NCBI RefSeq assembly: GCF_009914755.1
Contig: NC_060926.1
Length of the DNA: 64,000 nucleotides
Direction: 5' to 3' (one strand)
Source of the DNA: the human T2T-CHM13v2.0 reference genome, Homo sapiens
Shown piece by piece: positions 1 through 16,647 of the stretch. The notes under the pieces were generated by a model that saw only the letters and a program-made list of their open reading frames with translations, was not told the DNA's origin and did not search any database. The translations under genes and the position numbers were made by a program. Each line of letters begins with the position of its first letter. Positions within the stretch are counted from its first letter, which is position 1.

Positions 1-190
1 CTTAAAGTCTAATAAATATGATTATATGTATATTCACAATATACATTAACAATAAATATAATATATAATCAATATGTTAATATTATTAATGATATTATAT
101 TATAAATGTATAATACATATATAATAAAGATATATAAAAATTTATATGATAAATTATTATAGGATAGTTAAATATTTCACATAAATATTT
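1..190. repeat. AT-rich low-complexity sequence
   Basis: Almost entirely A/T with (TA)-like repeats. Confidence 0.8.
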
Positions 191-209
191 ATCAGCTGGT
201 TTTTAAAAA

Positions 210-800
210 TTCATTTATTCAACAACCATGTGCCAAGCTCTGGTCTAGGTGTTGGGGACACAGTGGTAAGTAAACAAGACAGAAAAATTCCTGTTCTTAT
301 GGAACTGACAATCTACTATAAAGATAGGAAATCAAAAAGTAAACAATGTATGTGCAAGAAACATGGGGTGCATTGCTGTTTTAGATAAATTTGTTGGGGA
401 ATATTTCTTTAAGGAGGTGACATTTGTATGGAGGGATAAATAATGGGAAGGAGCCAGTAATGAGAATATCAGGGGGAAGAGGATTCAGGCAGAAGGAATA
501 GTCAGTACAAAGGCTAGGGGGCTTGGCATCTTTAAGGGGCCAAAGGAGGCATATCTGGCTGGAATGGGGTGAGTAAAGAGGAGAGAAGTAGGATATGAGG
601 TAGAGGAATTAGGGGGCTGTGGCAACCAGAATACATTTCATTTCCAGTGTAGTGGGAGCCCCTGTGGGCTTTTAAGCTGGGGAAGGAGATGCTTTGATTT
701 TTAGTTAAGAAAAGGAAACCATGTTGGGTGCTTTATGGAGAATACACTGTAAGGGGGGCAGAATTGGAAGCAGGGAGGCTAGTTAAGGAGGTTCTTGTAG
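210..800 (-). mobile_element. L2 LINE 3' fragment
   Basis: ttcatttattcaac...tgtgccaag...ggggacacagtgg...aacaagacag resembles the reverse L2 3' end. Confidence 0.7.
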
Positions 801-1004
801 TAGATGAGTTGAAAGATTATGGTAACTTTAAGTATATAAACATTATCACCCATTCTTCTAGACACAGTTGGAACAGAATTAAACTATTTTTCAGTAAATC
901 TTCAGTAACGACTGGGGCCTAGAAATAATTTAGAAAATGAGTACAATGCATGGGTTTGAATATTTAACTATGCGTGGTATCCAGATATGCCCTGATCTCA
1001 AACC

Positions 1005-1355
1005 TCGGGCCTTTGAGCATGCTCTCCTATCTGTAATGTTCTACTCTCATCATACTAATTTTTGCTCATCATTGAAGTCTCAGCTCTAAGACCTGTTTTT
1101 CAACAAGCCAGCCCTAAAATCACCCAAGAGTGATTGTCTGTCATGTAGCTGTCTTATGAACTCTAATTTATATCTAGGCTTATGGATTTTACAGCTCCAA
1201 ATTGTCCATTATTTTAATTGCCATATTTAATTGCCAGTTTACTTGTCCATCTTTCCCACTAGATTGTAAACTCTTAGATGCAGGGACTGTGTCTTACTCA
1301 TCTCATTCTTTGCACTTAAAATTAGACAATTGAAAAATGTTTGTTAAGTCAATAA
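1005..1355 (+). mobile_element. L2 LINE 3' fragment
   Basis: cccactagattgtaaactctt...cagggactgtgtctt...aaatgtttgtt L2 3' motif. Confidence 0.65.
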
Positions 1356-2004
1356 TCAATGTTTAACTGTGTGCCTATTAGATTTACCTGAGTTACCTCA
1401 TTCTTAGATTATGTTAGTGTGAATAAAATATTACATCAATAGATTGGAGCAGGTAATTTCCTTAACACTGCAACACATAGTGGAATATCTGTGTTTGATT
1501 CCACTTTAAAAATTTTCTCAAACCCCATCACCATAGGCTAATGGTCTTTGTCATCATCAATGAATAGATGGTGGAAGGGCTGCTCGAGATTCGTAAATGT
1601 TGAAAGGACGTTGCTCTTCACTGAGGGGCATGTTGTCAGTTTCCCTCTTTGGGCAGCTCCAGTATTTCTACTAGTAAGTGGTACAGATGGAGGGAGAAAT
1701 CTACGTGACAGGCTGCCTAGGCTGTGCCAATGTCAGGTCCCTTTAGGGTGCAGGAGGGGAGAGTTGCCTTTTTATCATGCATGGTTTTTTCCATGTAATT
1801 CGTCTGACTTGTGAAAAAAAGGTGAGGCAACAATGACATGCAAATACATGAGTTATTACCAACACCAACTTGAACAGTGTGATGGAGCGTGCATCAGATC
1901 TGTGGTACCCTACGAGATTTTAATTTTCTCCTTTTGATGCAATTCTTACCTGAAATATAAACTCTTTTCAAATCTCTCCCAGACCTTTCTTTAAGGGGGA
2001 GTCA

Positions 2005-2175
2005 GCCATTGCTTCTAAACTTTAGTGGGCATAAGAATTGCCTGGAAAGCATGTGAAAACAGATTACTGGGCTCCACCTGTAGCATTTCTGTTCCTTGGA
2101 GGAGGGGCCCAAGAATTTTATTTTCTGAAAAAAACTCTCAGGTGCTGCTGTTTCATGGACTACTCTTTAAATAGG
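2005..2175. mobile_element. MER5-type hAT DNA transposon relic
   Basis: cttctaaacttt...cataagaattgcctgga...cagattactgggctccac...ggggcccaagaat. Confidence 0.65.
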
Positions 2176-2884
2176 AAAGAGATGGACTACGTGTTTCTAA
2201 TTTCTGTTTACTGCCATTGCAAGTGCTTTCTCTTTTCATAACGCTAATATTCTGGCCTGTTAGCGGTTGAGGAACTCAGAGGGGAATATACACAATACAA
2301 CCTAGACCAAAACTTTCAGTCTACTTACTTGGTCAGTGTCTTACTGTGTTCTGGGATCCCCTTACCCTTATGATAAAAAGACGCACACTTTTGCCTGCAC
2401 AGTGCAGCTTGTCTTCTCTCCTGTTTTATCTCTCTCCTACCTGGTCTGGTTGACCTGAAGTTTCTGGAATTTTCTGCTAATTCCTTTTATATCTACCAGC
2501 TAATGTCTTCCCCTCCATCTATATAACAGATTGCCTTTCTGATTCTCTTTCAGATCAATATGTCCCACTCATCATTCCTCCACATTGAACATCTATCTCT
2601 TGAAATATTTTTATAGCCCTATAAAAACTCCATTTGTGATACTATCCTGTCTTCATTGCTTTGCTGCTTTTTTTTCCTTCATACTTGTTGGGTACCACAG
2701 TATACTACCATCAGGAAACTATAAATCTGCTTACAAAACTGCATAAAATATCTAAGCTACTGATGCTTTCTTCTGTATCCTCTTAACCAGGCTTAACTGC
2801 TGTATGTAGAATCAATACCTTTTGGACTCTTTGGAGATTGATCCATCCGCTGTGACTTCCCAGTGTATTTTTTCCCAATGTATT

Positions 2885-3585
<701 letters not shown>

Positions 3586-4351
3586 TGTTTTTTAATTGCT
3601 ATATCCTCTCCTCTAAATTTAAGCACTTTTTTTTTCTGTCATTTGGCTTTTGAGTACGAAAAAGTAAATTTCCAAATTTACCATGTGTTCTAGGTAGAAA
3701 TAAAAACTAAGTTGCAATAGGTACTAATAAGCTCTGAATTTCTGCACCTGATACATTCCTGATGTTTCTTTACTTAGGCCTATTTTAACCAACTCTCAAG
3801 TAGGAGCCCAGATGTGGGGCATATCTATACCAAAGAAGCCTGTTCTAATTCATCCTTTTGGATCAAGAGTTTTCCAAGTTGCAATTTGAAGGACTGACTT
3901 GAGATCTGTTATTTAGGGTCATTGCTGCAATTCCCAGGAGAGATGTAAGAAGGCCTTCCCTTTCACTAAAGGGGTCCCATACCATAAATACATATCCCTG
4001 ATAATTTGGAACCAGCCTGTCTCTTGTGTCACCCCCACTCTAGGGCCCAGTTCTCTATGTATCAATATTTGGTTCTAGACCACCCAAGGTATGAAGTCCC
4101 ATAGTATTCTTGACCTCTGTCTGAGATGAGACTCCTATAGTTTTGCAGGCTGGGTAAGCAAAGTATAGGATACCATCATAGTTGGCCAATATAGAACAGC
4201 TTATCATGGTCTAGATAGGGAAAACATAACCAAGACCAACGATACTTCCCAGCCTACATGGTTCAAAGTATTAACATAATGTAATCTACACTATAGAGAT
4301 TCTAAGAATCATTTCCATTTCAGTTAGTTTCCATTAGTACTTAGGCTTCAG

Positions 4352-4541
4352 AGCTAGGGACAGTGGCTCATGCCTGGAGTCCTAGCTACTCAGGAGGCGA
4401 GGCAGGAAGATCCCTTGAGCCCAGGAGTTTGAGGGGGCAGTGAGCTACGATTGCATCACTGTATTCCAGCCTGGGTGCAGAGCAAGACCCTGTCTCTAAA
4501 ATAAATAAATAAGTAAGTAAATAAATAAATAAATAAATAAA
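4352..4541 (+). mobile_element. Alu monomer (FAM/FRAM-like) with (TAAA)n tail
   Basis: Single arm; flanking act(t/g)aggcttcaga TSD. Confidence 0.85.
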
Positions 4542-4946
4542 GAACTGAGGCTTCAGAAGCCAAGTTATGGTCAAGCATATCATTTCATAAGTTTCATTGG
4601 TTCTATAACTAGAAATAAAATACACAAATGTTTTATTACATTTAAATTTGTATTTAGTCCTTACATTTTAAGAAGATATCTTAAAAGTTGAGGACAGCTA
4701 AATTTTATGCCAAGTATACTCAACTGTACCTGTAATAACTATTTTGTTTTATTTAGCATTTAAAAATAGAATAAATATGTGCTTCAGCATTTTATTTATT
4801 TGGATTCAGCAGAATATTACTATTTTTCTCCAAAAAGTCTTCCTTTTCTCTTTTCATTTTAAAAGAAACTAATTTTCAAAAACACTTTCTAAATATATTC
4901 AGAGTAAACATTTTATTTATTTCATTTACTTACCACTTAATAAATA

Positions 4947-5577
4947 CAGGGGTTCCCCCTTGTTCTTGGGTCGGGATGCAGTCCAGGAACCCCAGTGTAT
5001 GCCTGAAACTGTGGATAGTGTAGAACCCTCGATATGCTAAGCATTTATCATACACTGTGGCCATAACTTTTACAATTTGAGGTATAACAGCAAAACTAAC
5101 ACAAATTTCTTCTTCCTTCTTCACAGTTTCATGGACAGAAGATTGTTTTTACTTTAGATCTTAGCAGCGTCAGCATACAATGTTTTTCTTTCCTTATCAA
5201 GTCGAGAACTTTCACCTTTTCACTTAGAGGAAGCACTTTATGGTTTCTCTTTGGCGCATTTGCCAGCATCACTACTCTCGTGCTTCGGGGTTCATCATTA
5301 AGTAAAATAAGGGTTACTCGAACACAAGCACTGCAGTACCACCAAGTCAGTCGATCTGATAACCAAGAGAGTGTCTACAGTGTGGATCTGCTGGACAAAG
5401 GGATAATTCATGGGTGGGACAGCATGAGATTTCACTATGCTACTCAGAAAGGCATTCAATTTAAAACTTATGAATTGTTTATTTCTGGAATTTTAAATTT
5501 AATACTGTAGGACCACAGTTGATGGAGGATTAAGTGAAACTGCAGAAGGTGAAACCAAGGATAAATGGGGACCACCT
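4947..5577 (-). mobile_element. MER44 (Tigger7-derived) DNA transposon
   Basis: Degenerate terminal inverted repeats (caggggttcccccttg / ggataaatggggaccac) and aaaacttatgaattgtttatttctggaattt. Confidence 0.75.
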
Positions 5578-5625
5578 AGATAAAAGTTAAGTCAGGAAAC
5601 ATATAACCTTTTAAAGGAGGACAAG

Positions 5626-5657
5626 CTGACAATTCTTTTTATCTTTCTTTTATACAG
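5626..5657 (+). promoter_or_regulatory. Branch point (CTGAC) and polypyrimidine tract of the micro-exon acceptor
   Basis: ctgAc at 5626-5630, about 28 nt upstream of the AG, followed by ttctttttatctttctttt. Confidence 0.7.
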
Positions 5658-5674
5658 GTGTTTGCTTCAGAATG
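5658..5674 (+). CDS. ACYP2: ACYP2 17-nt coding micro-exon, (G)GT GTT TGC TTC AGA ATG = G-V-C-F-R-M
   Basis: Pyrimidine tract and tatacAG acceptor (5656-5657), GTAAGT donor (5675-5680). The peptide is the acylphosphatase VQGVxFR loop and joins in frame to the exon at 8848. Confidence 0.95.
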
Positions 5675-6082
5675 GTAAGTCAGTACAATCTTTATTATTT
5701 TGCTATTTTTTTTCCACTGTTATTCCCAATTACAGAGATAGGGCAGTTTTCTACTTGGCGCTAGTCTACTGTTTACTCCCTGTCCTTGACAGCAAATGAA
5801 GAAATATATGTATTTCTTTGAAATTACTGATTGAGATTTTTATTAATGCTAAAAACATTGTACCCTTCTTAGTATTTACTTAACATTTTCTATATTCAAA
5901 AGTACCTCTCTTTGGGTGATTTTAATGAAACGCTTTGATTAGGTGTATTGAATACAAAGTATGGGACTTTCTACATGTTCTGGATGGAAGAAATCCTCTA
6001 GGCAACGGTACATATGTTGCACTGCAAAACAAAACACGCTAATGTTGCATAATGAAGTGGTTCCCAGGATTTAGCAGATTAA

Positions 6083-6523
<441 letters not shown>

Positions 6524-6897
6524 TCCATGTTGCTTTTAAATTTTTAATTTTTTTAAAGTACTCCTTTCCTACAACTTAATTGTGGCATGCATTTTCACCT
6601 ACTATCTGAGGTGGGTCACTAGATTAGGTCCCTGGTTCCCAACTCCTGAGGGTTCCAATATTTTCCCACTGGTAAAATCTCTATTATGAGGCAGCCCCAT
6701 CCCCCAAAATTCAGATTGTCTCCATTTTCGTTATTATCTAATAAGAAAGTGACTTATTTTCAGGGCCACGTCTTACATCAGTCTTAGCTGTTACCATTTT
6801 GATTTGTGTTGTTTCATACAGCTGGGGATGTGGAGTGTAGAGATCTTGATCACCCTGGCCTCCATACAGGAGAAGAGTATGTTTTTGAAAAGTTCTA

Positions 6898-7213
<316 letters not shown>

Positions 7214-7477
7214 TCAATAGAAATTTTAGTATGATGTAGTTAAAATAATTCAAAATCAAAATGTTGCTACTTACATAGCATAACTGAATTTGGAGCTAGA
7301 AAAAGGCAATTTTAAAAGACTACTAATAATAATAGGAGAGATAAATCTACCCATAGACAATTATAACATTTCTGTGCCAAGTCCAGAGCCAACAGAAAAC
7401 ATCAGAATCTTTTAGTCTTATAAAAACTCTGCAAACCAGCATGTTTATGTTAGTGTTCTTGCTAGTTTAATTTTCTT

Positions 7478-8337
7478 TCTTTTTTAAAAAAAAATTATTT
7501 TAGGTTCAGCGGTACTCATATAGGTTTGTTATATAGGTAAACTCGTGTCATGGGGGTTTATTATACAGAGTATTTCATGACCCAGGTACTAAGCCTAGTA
7601 CCCAAAAGTTATTTTTTTCTACTCCTCTCCCTCCTCCCACTCTCCACCCTCAGGTAGGCCCCAGTGTCTGTTGTTCCCCTCTCTGTGTCCATGTATTCTC
7701 ATAATTTAGCTCCCACTTCTACGTGAGAACATGCAATATTTGGTTTCTATTCCTGTGTTAGTTTGCTAAGGATAATGGCCTCCAGCTCCATTCATGTTCC
7801 TTCAAAGGACATGATCTCATTCTTTTTTATGGCTGCATGGTATTCCATGGTGTATATGTACCACATTTTCTTTATCCAGTCTACCATTGATGGGCATTTA
7901 GGTTGATTCCATGTCTTGGCTATTGTGAATACTGCTGTAGTGAACATATGTGTGTATGTGTGTTTATGATGAAACAATTTATATTCTTTTGGGTATATAC
8001 CCAATAATGGGATTGCCGGGTCACATTGTAGTTCTGTTTTTAGCTCTTTGAGGAATTGCCACAGTGCTTTCCACAGTGGCTGGACCAGTTTGCACTCCCA
8101 CCAACAGTTTGTAAGCATTCCCTTTTCTCTGCAACCTGGCCAGCATCTGTTATTTTTTGGCTTTTTAATAATCGCCATTCTGACTGGTGTGAGAAGGTAT
8201 CTCATTGTGGTTTTCATTTGCATTTCTCTAATGATTGGTGATATTGAGCATTTTTTCATATGCTTCTTGGCCACACATATGTCTACTTTTGAGAAGTGTC
8301 TGTTCATGTCCTTGCCTACTTTTTAATGGGGTTGTTT
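7478..8337 (-). mobile_element. 5'-truncated L1PA (old primate L1) with ORF2 C-terminus and 3'UTR
   Basis: ORF 7792-8307 is the L1 ORF2 C-terminal region ([13 protein letters not shown]); taattttctt TSD. Confidence 0.92.
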
Positions 8338-8847
8338 ATAATTTTCTTATTAAAATGATTTTCCCTCATTTTTGCTGGAAATTTCGAAGTGTTGTAGTCT
8401 CTATTTCTGCTTATCAATACTCTATGTTGATCATAATTGTATATGTTTTTTCTCAGTGATTGAGAATCTTGGATTGATTATGATTTGGAACCCAGGTTAA
8501 CAATGTAATTTAGTGTTAGCAGTCTTAAGGGCAATGCAGCTAAATTTTATGTATCCAAAAACACATCATAGGAACTGTTTCTGAAATAATTCTCACTCTC
8601 AGCGTAGTTTTTCATAATGTTTTTATGATAGTGGAATTGTTTTTACTGAAAGTGAAATTTAACAAAAGATACCATTTATGTGAAGGTTCTTATAAGTAGA
8701 GGTTACTGTAGGTCATCTATACAATTGTTGGCATTGACTACAAAAAATGATTATTAGGTTAGCATTTTTTGGATATTAGAATCAAGTATGTTATGAACTC
8801 AGACTTTTGATGCTGCACTTTATTCTTCTTGTTTTTTCCTGAAACAG

Positions 8848-9395
<548 letters not shown>

Positions 9396-9749
9396 TAGGG
9401 AGATGTCCAGGGCCCAAGTAATTCTCATTTGAAGTGTTGTGACAGATGCGTAGTGCCTTAGGATGGTTCGTGAAGTTCTTAGGGTAGCGTTCCAGGCAAA
9501 AAGATTGCCATCTCCTTTTTACAGTTAAGTGCTTTATTTATCTAATTGTAATTTTATTTTTCCTGCCAATGAGAGTGTGTTTAATGAGCTGGAGGGTTAC
9601 CAAACTATGAATCCTTGAAGTCCAAGAGAGGCCAGATTCAGTAATATGGGGAAAAATGTCCTGTGTACACAATGACGTTTTCAAAAGCCTTGTGTTTTCA
9701 GCTTCATAATTTCCACTGCTCTTTGTAGTCTTTTTTCTTTTAAATTAAA

Positions 9750-9860
9750 AAATAGCTAACATTTATTGAGCATTTACATGTTGGGCAATATGCTAAGTAC
9801 CTTGTATGAATTATCTCAATCTTCACAACAGATCTTATGAGGTAGGTACTAAGTAACACT
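9750..9860 (-). mobile_element. MIR
   Basis: aatagctaacatttattgagc...aatcttcacaac...tatgaggtaggtact. Confidence 0.75.
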
Positions 9861-12044
9861 CAATTTATTTTATTGTTTGCAATTTATCTTTGTTTTCATT
9901 ACTTAATATTTTTAGATTTCCAAAGCAATAGGTTTTGCTTATTGTAATAAGTGAAGTAACGTAACACTGAGAAGTATAAAGGTAAAACTTGTAATGTGTA
10001 CTTTTCTGTCTATTTCCCTCCCCTTTATTAACCTCTGACAAGGAATACTTTCTACAGCTTTCTCTTTCACTTAAAAATAGTTAAGTATGCATTTGTAATT
10101 AAGGTTTTGCTGATTTTTACCGAAATAGAATACCTTGTGCATATTTTTCCATAATTTGTATTTTTATTTTCTGGACATTTCAGTAAACAGTAAATATATA
10201 ATTATCAACTCCTTATTTTTCTAATTTTAAATGTTTACGTGCATACTTGTGTTTGTGTGTAAAACTACACCTCAAATTGAAAAGTGGGGTCCAAAAGTTC
10301 AGTTTCACAAACTGTGGGGTGACAGTTAATGAAAAACAATATTTTTAAGTAGAATTGTCACAAAATGTACAAGAAATTTTGGGACTTTCGTTGTACAGAA
10401 CTGATAGTTCAATGGAAGAGAAAATGCCAAATGATTGTGTGGAAGTTTTAAAGTAGAGATTATGTCCCATGATTCGAGGGAGCCTAGAAAAAAATAATAA
10501 TATAGTTTTTAAAAACGGGGAGTATGTGGAAGATAGAAGCTCATACCAATCATGTCATATTCCTAATCCACATTATAGAGGGTCATTGATTAATTTGCTT
10601 AACATAAATGAAATCGTATCATACACTGTGCTCATGTTTTCTTTTCAACCCCTGCATTCTCCACCCTTCTTAAGTAACCTGTGTTAGCAAGCTAGTGTGT
10701 ATTCTTCTGCTTGTCTCCATGTTCACATTCTCTCTCTCACACACGCACACACACACTTGCACACACACACTTTTATGGATTTTGTTCAATATTTGCTTTT
10801 TAAAAATGGGATCACGGTGTATTCCCTTCTCTGCATCTTACTTTATCACTCAAAGATACATCCAGGAAAATCCTTTCAAGTCGAATGGTAATCTCTAATT
10901 CATTCTTTTTATTGGCTACTTAATATTCCACAATATATAGATTTATTATTACCTTATTGCTGGAAATGCATTTTTTTCTGTCTTGTTTTTTGCAATAAGA
11001 GCAATGCTGCAATAAAATTTTATTGGTGATTTTATTTTGATTGCATAGGTTCCCAGGAGTGTGATTTGTTGGTTGAAGTGGCTGTGTATTTTTAATGTAA
11101 AAATATTTGTCAGACTGCTTTACAAAACAGCTGTAAACAATTTACATTGTTTTCCTCCTCATCCTGTCAGCAATTGGTATTGTACTCTCTAATTTTTCTT
11201 TTACCTGATTGGTTGTGAGTGATTATTATTTTTTGCTGTAATTTGCATTTCTCTAATGACTAGTAAGTTGGAGCATCTTTATGCTTATGTCTGTGAATTT
11301 GTTCTCATGAACTCCCTTTTCACATCCTTTACCCATTTTTCTATCGAGTTGCTTGTCTCTTGCCAATTTTTAAAAGCTCTTTGTATATTGGTTATGGTTA
11401 CTAACCCATTATCTGTTATTGCTTTTGCAGGTATTTTCCCAAATCTATAATTTGCCTATTGGTTTCGTCTATGATAGCTTTGCAACATAAATTGTTTTTC
11501 ATTTTTATTAACTCAAATATGGCTATTTTTTTCTCTCTGGTTAAGAAACAGATTGTAAGTGTTGTCGCCCAGGTTTTCTTCTAACTTGATGCTCTATTTA
11601 TTACATTTAAGCATTTACTCCATCTGGAATTTGTTTTTTATTTAAAAGATGAGATATTGGACCAACTATTTTCTACCAGATGAATAGCCAGTTGTCCTGG
11701 CGCCACTTACTAAATAATCACTCTTTCCCCCATTGCATTGAAATACATTTTTGTCATACGTTAAAATCTCATATAAACTGGATTTTATTTCTGAATTCTC
11801 TATTCTGTTCCACTGATCTATTTCTCTGTTCCTACATCAGTATACCATATTGATTTAATTATACTATCTCCACAGTATATTTCCTCTCACTGTTCTTTTT
11901 GATTCTTTTATTTGCTTTCTTGGGCATTTGTTTCCTCTCTTAACTTTAAGATACTTTTACCTATTTAACTGGAATTCTATTCTGTTTATTAAAAAGAAAA
12001 CTTACATGATTGTGTCACACATATGCTTTTAAGATAAACTTTAT

Positions 12045-12188
12045 GTATTTATTTATTTTTTGAGACAAGGGTCTTGCTCTCTCTCCTAGGCTGGAGTGCA
12101 GTGGTCTGATCTAGACTCACTGCAGCCTTGACCTTCTGGGCTCAAGTGATCTTCCCACGTCAACCTCCTGAGTGCACATGCTGGCTAA

Positions 12189-12223
<35 letters not shown>

Positions 12224-12224
12224 T

Positions 12225-12256
<32 letters not shown>

Positions 12257-12357
12257 GCTTTGTAGAGATAGTGTCTCACTATGTTGCTCAGGCTGGTATA
12301 GGACTCTTGGCTTCAAATGACTTTCCTGCCTCAGCCTCCCAAAGTGCTGGGATTACA
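12045..12357 (-). mobile_element. AluJ with a microsatellite in the mid-linker
   Basis: J-type residues; ataaactttat TSD. Confidence 0.9.
12191..12257. repeat. Compound microsatellite (TG)14...(TTG)11
   Basis: Read directly from the sequence. Confidence 0.95.
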
Positions 12358-12631
12358 AAAATAAACTTTATTTTTGAGAACAGTTTTATATTTACAGAAA
12401 AATTGTGAAGATAGTACAGAGACTTTCCATATACTCCCCACACAGTTTTCCTCCTATTAACATTTTACATTAATATGATACGTATGTTAACAATTAATGG
12501 ACCAATATGGATACATTAGTATTAACTAAAATCCCTATTTATTTAGATTTCAATTTTTACCTAATGTCCATTTTATGTCTTAGGATCCCATTATTGTATT
12601 TGCTTTTTAATTGGGCATTCTCTTGAAATTA

Positions 12632-12979
<348 letters not shown>

Positions 12980-13571
12980 TTAAATCTTCCCATTTAAGAA
13001 CACACAGATGTTGTTCCATTTGCTTAGATTTTAAAATTTATCCTTCAGTATGATTTTATGGTTTTCTTTATATAGGTTTTTGTACTTTTCTTGCTAAGTT
13101 ATTTCTAAGTATCTTAATGACTTTTTCACTATTGCATATGGATTTCTTTCCCATTTATGCTTCTAGTTGTTCATGCTTAAATATGGAATATCTAATGACT
13201 TTTGTGTATTAATTAGATATCATAGTATTACCTTATCAGATATTCTTATTAATTCTATCAGTTTTTTAAAAAACTATAGTCTATTGGGTTTTTAAAAAAT
13301 ACAGTTATGCAATTAGTAAAAATGGTGTATCTTTGTTTCAGTGACTTCATTTGTCAGACCTGCCATGACAATGTTGAATAATAATAGCCATAGCAGGCAT
13401 GCCTGTTTGGTTTCTGACTTTATTTAAAATAGTTTTATTGTTTCACCTAGTAAAAAGATGTTTGCTGTTGGTTTTAGGTAAATATACTTTATCACAATAA
13501 ATTTTACTTTTGCATTCCTTGAATTAGCCTTTGATTGGTTACAGTGTGTTATTCTTTTAAATTATTGCTGA

Positions 13572-13938
<367 letters not shown>

Positions 13939-14184
13939 GGTTTTTTTTTTTTTTTTTTTTTTTTGGGGGGGGGGGTATTCTATCATGTTTTGATTTTAAA
14001 GTTTTATTGGCTTCACAAAACATATTAGGAAGTTTTCCATCCTTCTCTTCATTCTGGAATAACTAAAATATCAGAATTACTGTTCTTAGGTTAGTGGAAA
14101 CAAATTAGGAAATCACCTGGTCCTGCTGCCTTCTCAATGTTGACCTTTAACCACCTTTTCAATCTACCCTGTGGTAACTGGTAT

Positions 14185-14479
14185 GTTTGTTTTTTGAGAA
14201 AACGTTTTGCTCTGTCACCCAAGCTGGAGTGCAATGGCACAATCACAGCTCACTGCAGCCTTGACCTGCTGGGTTTAAGTGATGCTTCCATCTCAGCCAC
14301 CCAAGTAGCTAGGAATACAGGTATGCACCACCATGTCCAACTAATTTTTAAAAATTTTTTTGTGGAGGTGAGGTCTCATTACGTTGCCCAGGCTGGTGTT
14401 GAACTTCTGAGCTCAAACGATCCTCCTGCCTCGGCCTCCCAAAGTGCTAGGATTACAGGTGTGAGCCACTGCACCCAGC
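14185..14479 (-). mobile_element. AluJ
   Basis: gtaactg(g/a)tat TSD. Confidence 0.9.
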
Positions 14480-14602
14480 AAGTAACTGATATAGTTGAGT
14501 TTTCCAGATGTTCTTGGATTCCTTTTTATTTTGCTAGGAAATTATCCAATTTTTCTAGGTTTTCAAATTTGTTGCGATAAATTTTATAATTTAAAAAATC
14601 TC

Positions 14603-14979
<377 letters not shown>

Positions 14980-16647
14980 TCAAGCTCTGACAGAATTTAT
15001 CTACTTAATTGGTATATTTTTAAAAAACAGCTTTTAGATTTATTGATTATAATTTTTGGGAGGGTTACATTTCATTAATTTCAACTTCCATCTTTATTAA
15101 TTTCCTCTTCTTTCTTTGTTTGTTGCTCCTCTAAGTCTTCAACATGAGTCCTAGTTGCCGTTGTTTTTAGTTTTTTAAAGTTAATAATGAAGGTGATTAG
15201 GCATTTTCTCCTGAATACAGTTTTTTTCTTTTCCATTGGTTTTGGTAGTAATTGTTCCTTCCTTGCTTTCTGGATAGTTTGTAATTTCATTTTTTATTTC
15301 TTCTTTGAACTAATACTGTAACTAATGGGATTCTGAGTTTGTGTTTGTAAAATTCCCAGTTAAAACTTTTAAAGTAATTGTTTATTATTTATTTCTATTT
15401 TTATTTGATTATAATCTGAGAACGAGGCCTAGAAGATTTCTACTTAAAAAATTTTGTTAAATCCTTGTGATAAATGACATGATATATTTTGGATTGATCA
15501 GCTAGGATCTATGATTAAATTAGGATGCTTTAGGCTGCAAGTAACAGGATACCTGATTAAAGTGCTTGAATGAAGGAACTGATTTTTCCCACTTTCCAAA
15601 CAGGCTGGGGCAAGCAGTCCTAGGATTAGTTCAGTGTGCGAAAGATTATTAAAATGTACATTTTGGTGTTGCTATACTTTTCTCTTTTTATATTTTTTTA
15701 TGATGGGATTTTCAAACACATACATGAATAGAGAAAAAAGGACAGTGAAGCTCATGTGCCCATTACCCACTTTCAATAACAGTATGCTTTCAGACATTCT
15801 TGTTTCATATATTCCTCCAACTTTTTTTTTGTCATTGTTAGAGTATTTAAAGCAAATTTCCGGCATTATATTATTCACCTGTAAATTTGGTCAAATGATA
15901 TTAAACTATCAATACTTGACAATATTTTAATCTATAAAACAACAATTTCATGTTGTTCAATCTAATGTTTGACTATATACAGAAAACAGAAACTCTATAT
16001 ATCCATCAATATGTATTCCAAATCCCACACAGATCTATGTGCAAATGTCAAAGTGCATCACACAACCTGTCTGTCATGCTTTTTCCTGGAGGCCTGTCTT
16101 CCAGTCTGGGTCTGGGTTTGCTACACAACTGTCACTCTGGTGTTGCTCTTCGCTGCTTTCCTGTAGAGCAGGCTCCTGTGTCCTTAATCATATGTTTTAA
16201 TCATTCTTGATTTATTCTCTTATTTTGCAGAAACATAATTCTCTATAAGCTTCCGAAGGAAAGGTGCATGAGAGGCAAAAAGTTTGCATCTCTGCATGCC
16301 TTCATTTACCCTTGTGCTTGACTGATTGACTTACAAAATTCTATGCCAAAAATAATCTCACACTAAGAATTTTGAAGGCATAGTTCCATAACTTACAGTG
16401 TTGCTGTTGAGAGGTTTGATGTCATTCGAATACAAAGGATTGGGAGTTATACCTGTTTATTCCCTCAGAAAGTTTGTCAGATATTCCACTTATCTCTCTT
16501 CTCCATTTTCACAACCATCTGCCTTTGTGCATGTTTTAATTTTGCTGTAAATGCACTTGGAGGAGAATGTTTTTTCTTTGACAATTTCCTTCCCTGTCTC
16601 TTTTGGACCCTCTTCTTTTAGAACTTCTGTATGGACCTGATCCTCTA

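Noticed and set aside
1540-1930. Non-repeat stretch with a few CpGs and a TACGTG motif
   Set aside because: Too few CpGs and only a 6-bp motif; not enough for a regulatory call
7792-8307. 171-aa ORF on the minus strand
   Set aside because: C-terminal fragment of L1 ORF2 in a truncated element
12172-12408. Cys-rich ORF (CVCVCV...CCCCC)
   Set aside because: Translation of the (TG)n/(TTG)n microsatellite in an Alu
13940-13975. T-run followed by G12
   Set aside because: Homopolymer at an Alu junction with no further structure, and prone to sequencing length error
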